From contig JAXLNO010002632.1 of assembly GCA_038087875.1 (NCBI GenBank), positions 1 to 64,000 of the forward strand: a stretch of DNA of 64,000 nt, read 5' to 3'. Both the position numbers and the translations under genes were made by a program. This DNA is from Malacoraja senta (taxonomy: Eukaryota). Below, one piece after another: positions 1-64,000 of the stretch. The notes beneath the pieces were generated by a model. That model was not told the DNA's origin. It saw nothing but the letters and a program-made list of their open reading frames with translations, and searched no databases. Position 1 is the first letter of the stretch; the number at the start of each line of letters is the position of its first letter.

Positions 1-962
1 CAGCAATTAAAGTTATAGTGTGCATCATTACACACAGAAACTACAGTAAGTATACATGAAAGGGTTAAGTAGTCTGAAAAGATAAATAGTTGCTCCCAGG
101 TGTTTGATGTCCGCATGTGCATTCTACACTTTATCTGGATTGTAATAAACTAGAACTGGAGTTTATTCACCTTGTGAACTTGGTGCCTTTACACCCATGC
201 AATAAACAATATGTCTCATTTTAGTTTCATATGGTACTCTAGCCTCTCCATTGACACATGTGAAAGAGTTTACCCTAGTAGCATGCACATGCCCGTTAGC
301 TATTTGATAATTCATTATTCAGGATTTCAAAGATCTCTCTTTTAGTAATTTACAATAATTGAATCACAGCAGAACAGAGGTTATTGTAATGTAGAATAGA
401 GTCTGTTTACGTACCAACGGGTCCCATAGTTTATTATTTGCTGACAGGTTAATAGTTAATATTGCCATCGCCCAATAGTTGGCACATGTTCATTGCCTGT
501 GTTTGTTCAGGTTGTGGAACCATATCAAGCTCCTCCCACAGTAAGGAATCAGAACTGCTTATATATATCAGAACAGCTTGATGATCTTTTGGTATTTAGT
601 TAAAAGTACAGAAAGCAACACTGTACAGTCATTGTTTAATTGTGTGAAATTACGTTAACTAGGTTTTTGGAACAGTTTTTCTTCCTCCTTGCTGACAGGA
701 AACATCTGTGGTTGGCGATGTGCAAGAGCTGAGGTTACTATAGGACAGTGGATACGCATAGAATCAAGGCAGTCGGACATCTAATTTGTTGCATGTGGGA
801 GTCAGGCTGATTCTGTCTTCCAACTTTACTGGTAACCAGCCGAAATAACTAAATTGAGAGGAAAGAAAGCGTCTGACCTAAAACTGAAGTTAAGTAGCAG
901 CAGCAAAAAACATTTAATCAGAGAACTCAATTAAGAAGTCTGAGTTTAACCAAGAGTAAATT

Positions 963-55932
<54,970 letters not shown>

Positions 55933-58900
55933 TGGGCATTACCAAGGCCGAAGAGGGAATTGTGTGCAATATATGTTATGTATAAATTATATATATGTTA
56001 TATATATAAAAAGACACTGGAACTGCAGGCTGAGTTGGATCCCCAGGATTGCGAATCAGCAAATTCACGATTGACAAAACCAAGATCCTGCACTGATTTA
56101 CAGAACTACTGAAGCATTGTGGAAAACAACAATCACACTAATCTGCCTACACACTCCTGTTATAAATCCTAGAACATTGTACTGTAAGTGTAACATCTCA
56201 CAAAAGCATGTAATAATCTGTAAACTATCTCTTTTATGGAAGATATGTAACTGAAGTACCATGTGAACTTTGTTTAAAATAAGGTATTCATCAAACAGAT
56301 AGGAGTAGGCTGAGGGTCTTGAAACTGTTACCAGTTCATTCTGCCTGCAGAAACATCAGATACATCTGATTTAAGATTAACACAATTAATCCAATATATT
56401 GATTCTGGCTCAGTGAATGGTTAAAGAAACTGTGAATATCTATATTGATAAAACTTGAAGATTTTCTAAGTTACAAGTGAAAAGTTACTGGAATCCTGAT
56501 GCAACTGATTTAGTTATTTATTATTGTTACAAACAGTCTAAACAATCTATCATAGGCAGGTCCAAGAATATATCGAGCGAAAGCATGTTTCTGCTCTGTT
56601 ACCCTCATGGCAGCATGTTTACGAGTTGCAGATTGCTCATCTGGGCGTGTGTGAAGCCTGTTAATGAAGCATTCCATCTTTTACGATGAAATGTTATCAG
56701 TTTGTCAGGGATGAGTATCATGATCAGCATTGTTAACATATAGAGGCACCTACAGGAGAAGAAGAGACCCCCTGAGAAATGTGATGACATGTTTTGCTGT
56801 GCTGCAGGGTATGCCATGCCATCTAATCAATTTGAAGTTCAACGTTGTATGATGAAAAATTGAACATTTAGAGACTATAATTGTCCTGGACTGAAACAAA
56901 TTGTGATTTCAATTTTCCTGCAGTTTAAAAGGATAATATTGAAACATTCGTCTTAAGGATCACTGTAGAATTTGATTCGCAGATCAGGCAGGATCTTATT
57001 GCAGGATCTGCAATGCGATTTTTGAGTGTTATGGCATTTGATGATATCTCTTATTTGAAAAACAGGGAAATTGTGCTGTGCACATGCTAAATCAGTGTAT
57101 GACAAGATGCAATATTTAGTGACCAAAATTCAATGTTGTTGCCTTATTAGAACAGAAATCCAGGCAGTTGTAAGTGTAAAAAGATGCATGCTTTGTGAGG
57201 GTATAGTTGCAGAATTGATGAAACCAAGTGACCGCAGTAGTTTAATCCAGTCAACACTGAACTAGTGCATGCCGGCGCTTTAACTTTTGGCAGGTTTTTT
57301 TTTGCATTACTAATGCAAGAAGAAAATGGATTTAAAGTGAATTTCAAAGATAAATACAGACTGTTAAAGTACAATCTTTAGACATGGGTCTGTGAAAATT
57401 GGTGCTCATGAGTGAGCTCTTTGGTATGAACAAAAGATCAGCTACTAACATAGTCCAAGAAAATAAATATTTAAATAGTTTATTTATAAGTGTATTGTGT
57501 CAGGACTAATGTGTGAACTGATTGAATTGGAAGTTATGGTGTAAGGATTAACAGATGGAGAATTACCTCTTCATTTTGTTCAAAGATTGATCATTCATCC
57601 ATGATAATTCTTTTTAATGAAAATCCCTGAGCTCTTTTATTTAAAATTGGTGGGCCAAATTGGAGGGAGTGTGGGGAATTCTGGTGTTTTCAAACAAAAT
57701 AGTTTGGATAGATTTCATGCTCCTCAGTATGAAATTTGTGGCAACAAACACTATGTATTTCACAGGCAGCTGTATTACTTTCCAGCATTGTAGATTGCAT
57801 TTGGAATATTTACTGGTCATGTGAAAACTGATATGTCAAAGTTGTCCAATAATTTCAGAAATGAAAACTCCACAATTTAGATTTATTAAAAAGACATGAA
57901 CTCCAGTAACTAACCATTGCAAATGCACCTTATGTAAGGATGCAGCTGTCTGGACAATTATTTGATAAGTGATACAGCTGCCAATATTTACCTTTTCAAT
58001 AGTCAGAAAAAGTAAGATTTGATATCAAATATAAGGTGCTTTTAATATGACTGATACAACATTTTAAAAAGAAAAGATTGCTTTCTAAAATGAACAAACC
58101 TTTCTATTGGTCAGACATTTTTGCTGCCAATTGGAAATTTAGTAATATTTAATCCATTAAGAAGAGATGTGAATAGCCAGTCATTTGACTGCATATTAAA
58201 TTGTGTGGGCAGGTATGCCCAAGTGCACTATTTTCACTTAAGAACTGAATTTTTCAGTGCAATGGATTGTGTAGACCATAATAGTTTGTCTTAAGGACAC
58301 AACCATTGTGCGAACCATGTCCCTGATCTGCTTAAATCAATGGGAGTATTGAGAAAGGCGGTGTCTAATTGTTATATAGATTTTGGATGGCAAATACTGA
58401 CAAATCCACTTCTAACTAAATTATGGCATCATATTTTCTTTAAGCAGGTCATCCTCCTTCAGTGTTGCATTCACTTTTGTTTTGTTTTTGTTGTACATTG
58501 CTTCTACACTCAACAAAATAGTAGAATCATGATCCTTTGCAGAATGCCACTGATCAGATTCAGTAGGCTGTGTTTGTGATGTCAATCACTCCATATATAG
58601 CATCATGTTGATGAGTACAGGCTTTCCTTTTTGTGCTATAGTAGTAACTTATTTTTTTTTAAACTCTGGATTACACTTTTGTTGCCTTTAATATTTAATT
58701 TCATTTTTTCAGTTGATGTTATGAGATTCAAATATAGAACATAGATTTGCACTGTAGAAGAAAAACATGGATATCGTTATGCTGTCTAGCTGCTCGTACT
58801 CATTTTATTTTTATTCTGTGCTTGGTATGGTATAGGATTGCCAGAATATAATGAATTGAGTTGAATATTTTGTTTTTGAATTAGCTAATAAATATGGCTA

Positions 58901-61900
58901 GATTTGTTCTTAGTTTTCACATTATGTGTAACACCAAATATCAGTCAAAGGTCAGTTCTGAGGGTAGGTTTGCAAGCCTATAGTGAGTGAGAGTGTGTAT
59001 GAGTGTGTGCATGGGAAGGCTAATTTGCACAACATATAGAAAATTCAAATTGCTGTAACAGACTACTGGGTTGGTAACCCATGAATCAATTTTTAGTGGA
59101 CACTGTTGAGCAGCTCTAAATGAAAGCATATTCTCATCAAAACTGAGCAATTATTGTTTGAATATAGATAACACCGTGCTCAATGAATCACCTTAGTGAA
59201 ATATCCCACAACTTTCTATTCAAACAAAGATTTGAAAATTGACCTATTTGGACTCGCATGGTTTTAAAACATTTTCTAAAGAATACTGTGGGGGATATAA
59301 AATCCCAACAGGATGTTTGATGAGGATAGTGTTTATATTTACATTCTTATACATTGTTTTATTTCCTGTTTTAATCTGGATAATGAGTAATAGTTTGGAT
59401 GACCTGGTTGAGGTTTCGTAATTTCTTTTTTTTCTGTTAACACAATTTTACTATTATATAATTACCATGATGTAATAGAGGTGATAAAGTGACACCATGC
59501 CTGAAAATAAGTTGTGACCAAAAGAATTGAGTTTCAAGCAAAGGTTAAAATGATATGAATTTTAGTGAATTTTATTGAAATCATTTATTTCTAAATCATT
59601 TTGTAATCATATGGCACTTTTGAAATATCAATGTATTAATATTGCTTGGAACTAAAATGCATTTGCAGAAATATTGTCCTGATTGAAAATGATACAAGTA
59701 ACGCATATGAATGTTCAAGACCTACTTGTACATGTTTATGTTCTTATTTGCTTTCTCTATGTTCCTGGTCATGCATATTGGCTATCTTTATTTCATGATT
59801 TCTATATAGTATGGTTAAACATGATTGAATGCAGCACCCATCAATCATTCACAAATTCAGTGTATTCTGAAATCAGATTACAGTAGGTGTTCCATGTCTG
59901 ATCACAGAGACAGTTGAGTGGTCAATGACACTTAATGGTTGATGTGAGCCTATAAAATTTGCTTCTTAGCCCTCCAACATAAAGGGCAGGAAGTATGTGT
60001 TCATTGTGAACCAGTAGTGGGTCATAACCCATTGGTAAAGACCAAAAATAATATGCATATGCAATTAAAGGGTCTAATCCCTTGCCGAGGCCTCCACTGC
60101 AGTTGATTTGCCCAAAAGCTACCAGTGCTGGCACTGGCTAATCTTTGGGGAACTAGTTTTTACATGAAGTGCATGGAGGTCAGAAAGGAACCATGTATTA
60201 GACCACAAATGATGAGGGAGGTTTCAAAATATACTTACTAAATATGGAACCAGTGAGAATAAGATTGCTGCTCCTTAACCTATGTTTAAAGATATGCTAG
60301 TTGTTGTTTTCCCACTCCTAAAATAATTGCTACCATCTCCCCCCACTCCCCGATTATCAGCACCACTTCCATCCATAAAAAATGCTTTATTTCCAACCTT
60401 TCCTCCCCATTTCTCATCTCTACTCTTATTCTTCCAGTCCAGTCATTTCATCATTTACACAAAGGCTGCTGCTTTTGGTGTGGTGGAATGAACAGAAATC
60501 TTTCTTCAAGGCCAAATGTAAGTTAGTGTCACAAAACTCACCAATTTCACCCCCTTCCCCAACTCCCACAAGCCCACGTATGCTCTGTATTCGGACATCT
60601 GAACTTCTAGGCTGTTGACCTTAGGGTTTGTACCATTCCACCACACATACTAAGCAGTGGTTTTTGTTGCACACCTATTAAACCTATAATTCAGGCACTG
60701 CCTGTACTGTAGTCATCCTCTTCATTGATTATTACTCAAGGTAAAGGCTGTATTATTGCAATTCCTTTCCCTTGAACTCAAAATTCAATATAGTATTATT
60801 TCTGAAAAAAATAAACAGCTCATAAAAGATTTTGCAGTTAGTTACCGTACTAATGTCAAAATGTAAAATTCTGTTTACTGCTCTGCTGTGTGGTACAAAA
60901 AGTAGATTCATAACAATGGAATTTGCTGTTAAATAGTGTTTTTTTGGCCTGTATATTTTCAGCAATCTATGGAAAGCCTTTTTATTAAACTGACTAGTTT
61001 TACAAGACATTGAACAATGATCATTTTACTGTATACAAGATTTGAAAATGTGAATATGATAATAATATAATTTAAGAGAGACAGGATCTGCCTCAAAGTT
61101 TGCAATCTTTTTTGTATTTAAATAATGCAAAGAATCAAAAGTACAGGCAATTCCCACATCACAGAGGTTGTGTTCCTAGAAAACAGCCCATGTTGTTATT
61201 TTCCATATTGCAAAGCCATTTTAACTGTGCAGCAGTTGAAAATAAAATTTAGTTGATTTATTTACTTTTTTCCCCACAACTTCATGAGAACAAATTTTAT
61301 TCTGTATCCCAAATTTTTGATTAGTGATTTGTAAATTCTATATGGGTGAATTTCTGTAACCCAAATGGCTGTAACATGGGGGTCGCCTGTAATCATAGTT
61401 ATTGCATTGCGATATTTTAAATGAACACATCTTGTGGAGGGTTGAACAAATGAATGTTTACTTCAACCTATAGAGGCTGATACTCAGTAACATTATTGTT
61501 TTTAATTCAACAATATTATCAATTGAAGAAAATGCAAAAGATTTTAATGGGTACAAGAATGCAATGGAAATTGTAGTGTAAATGCCCTTATTGTAAAAAT
61601 TGATTTCTCTATCCCCATGTTTCAATTAACTCTCCTGAATGTACAAGGAATGAATTGTTCCCCAGGAGAAAATTTCTTCTATTTAATATGATCTTCTCAT
61701 TGAACAGCGTAATTGTTAACTGGCTGTTGCTGTACTATAATGTAATTTAGTTCATCGAAACATTGCGGCCACTCCAGACAGATTTTTTTTTAAAGTACGA
61801 TGCATGTGATTCTGATGCTGCCTAATGTTAGCTTGCAGGGTATGCAACCATCATCAGATGAAGTGAGGTAAAATTGGATTGTGTGTCTTGACTATGCCAT

Positions 61901-62125
61901 GACATTAGGTAACAAACTATCTTTATGTGCATTGAAGAAAAAGGTACATTTTTTTAAAGAACTGTTTTGATCTCTGGATATGAAACCTAATTATGAACTT
62001 TGCGCTGTGCGCAGGTTTTAATCGCCTTGCCTACTAGAATTTAGGTTATCATGAAAACCCACCTGCAAGTTCATGTAAAGTAGAAACAAGCTATGAATAA
62101 AAAGTGTTGAAAAAAATCTTTCATA
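55933..62125 (+). other. GRAMD1B: Putative long 3' UTR of GRAMD1B
   Basis: AT-rich with no recognisable transposon fragments; AATAAA at 62096-62101 followed by a U/GU-rich tract; a proximal AATAAA lies near 61241. Confidence 0.55.
62096..62101 (+). terminator. Candidate distal polyadenylation signal
   Basis: AATAAA with downstream ctctcttttttt/gggtgatgttg element. Confidence 0.5.
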
Positions 62126-63502
62126 CTTTCGTCACCTCTCTTTTTTTGGGTGATGTTGAAGAATTACTTTTGGTGTTCAAAGATTTATTTTCTGATTTGT
62201 TAAGGTTTTAGAAAATGTGTTGGAAAATTTCACAGCCACACATGGCCTACTTTCAATCATTTTGTTTATCTCAGATTCATTTTCTGTATGTACTTTTGAA
62301 GAGAGAGCAAATGACAGCGGGGGTAAACAATTAAAGTATTGTTCTCCATCTTTTAAAAAATGCACTGGGAAATAATTTGCATTAAATTTTGTTTCTCTTC
62401 CTTGGAAATGTCATCATGGAAATTAGCTACGTAAGTAAAATGTTACAGATTTTTGTGGAAACACTGATCTATACCAATTTGTGCCATATTTAAAATGAAT
62501 ATTTATTTCTCTTCATTAAGGGCTAAACAGAAAAGAGGAGAAGGATCTAAGGAATTTGAAAGATCCCAGCCAAAGTATTAACTTGCTTGTGGGCATGTGG
62601 TAGGATAAGTTGTAACATTCAGAAACCTGTATTTTTCCATTTTCTAGATTCCCCAGTCCATACTGGTTTGAAACCTTCAAATTATATTTTGCAGTATGCG
62701 TAATGTGTTACATTGGAAGGTAAATTGTACATTGCATTATCAAAAGAGAGTTCAGCACACTGATAGTCACGTTTATGTAATCAGTTCCAAATTATATCTA
62801 CTGTAACTGAGAATAGAAACACTCAAGTTTACTTAGACATTGAGAAAGGAATAGCATGCTTCAATCTATAAAGCATTGAGTTACTGCAAGTATTTTAGAA
62901 ATTAGTCCCTGTTAAATACAACTTCACACTAACCTGAAGGTCTATACCATCCAGGGTGAAATCTGCTTTTTCAAAGACTTTTCAATCACATTGGTAAGAT
63001 ATGATGCCATTTTATTTAGTTGCTTCTGAATGATTTGGTAATCAGTAGGAATTAATAACAATGCAAAAAGTCACAATCTCAAGTCTAAGCCAATATTTCC
63101 CAGTAAGCAAAATGCCAGTGAGTTTCAATCTGTTAACCTTAACTTATATTTAAAATATTTTATAAGTTGCCTGTGTATATCTGAAAATGAATATTACAGA
63201 CATACTAGTTTCCCACTAATCTACAGAACAATCAAAGAATACAAGAGAAGTTATCATTATGAGAGCATAATTACTCTGAAATTACAGCTCAGAATTTCTG
63301 GAAAAGTAGGCCTTGTCCTGTGATTTTTTTTTGTCTGTTCAAAAGAGACCATTATATACATTGTAACAATGATGCATCGTTGAAAGATATCCATCTCAAA
63401 AATATGATGTTTGGCAAATTAGTTGTAATTTTTATTTAAGCATTATTGAGACCTAATACACACAGTATTGCATTAGTGAGACCTAATACACAGCAGCATG
63501 TT

Positions 63503-63746
63503 ACATAGAAACATAGAAAATAGGTGCAGGAGTAGGCCATTCGGCCCTTTGAGCCTGCACCGCCATTTGATATGATCATGGCTGATCATCCAACTCAGTA
63601 TCCCATCCCTGCCTTCTCTCCATACCCCCTGATCCCTTTAGCCACAAGGGCCACATCTAACTCCCTCTTAAATATAGCCAATGAACTGGCCTCAACTACC
63701 TTCTGTGGCAGAGAATTCCACAGATTCACCACTCTCTGTGTAAAAA
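63503..63746 (-). mobile_element. CR1-type LINE 3' end
   Basis: (acatagaa)n tail and taggtgcaggagtaggccattcggccc 3' UTR, homologous to 27483-27720. Confidence 0.85.
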
Positions 63747-64000
63747 ACAGAGTTCTGTGTTACCAGAAACAGACCTGGATTATATTTCTCCTTTCAACCT
63801 TATTTAGAAAGCTTGCCCGTTTCCTAAATATGTGCAGTGGCCTCAGATCCTCTGAGTATCTCAGGAATGAGCAAGGATAGTAATCAATCACAGGAGGAAT
63901 ATTGATATTCAAGGCCTCGGGACTCCATTGTAAACATGTTTTTTCTTTATATAAGAACTTTAATAATCCCTCGTTTGATACAATATCCTGGAGATCTTGA

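Noticed and set aside
873-892. TGACCT half-site as an LXR DR4 element near the alternative exon
   Set aside because: The second half-site and spacing do not fit DR4.
63441-63492. 30-bp tandem duplication (similar short ones at 29343, 30971 and 33460)
   Set aside because: Ordinary local slippage duplications with no further structure.

Overview
Eukaryotic, AT-rich vertebrate genomic DNA. The repeat spectrum (CR1 LINEs, tRNA-derived SINEs, Penelope pseudo-LTR fragments) suggests a cartilaginous fish, probably a skate or ray; this is inference. The window holds a GRAMD1B (Aster-B) gene on the + strand. Seventeen internal and terminal coding exons run from 22029 to 55932, all GT-AG and phase-consistent, encoding 649 aa: GRAM domain, VASt/StART-like domain, TM helix and luminal helix. 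One is a 12-nt microexon inside the TM segment. There is a well-supported alternative first coding exon (963-1121), a second candidate (21342-21446) and a long repeat-free 3' UTR. The introns are rich in transposons. A complete but mutated 5.1-kb DIRS1-type tyrosine-recombinase retrotransposon (9080-14172, - strand) has a readable ITR/ICR circle-junction architecture. Also present are a full-length degenerate Tc1 element, PIF/Harbinger non-autonomous elements with TTA target duplications, a solo LTR, and Gypsy, RTE, CR1 and Penelope fragments. The most striking hidden feature is a ~300-bp non-autonomous Vingi/Ingi-like retroposon (48719-49241, - strand, 8-bp TSD). Its 5' end coincides with the cleavage-site G of an HDV-like ribozyme fold, and it sits in a four-layer nested insertion.
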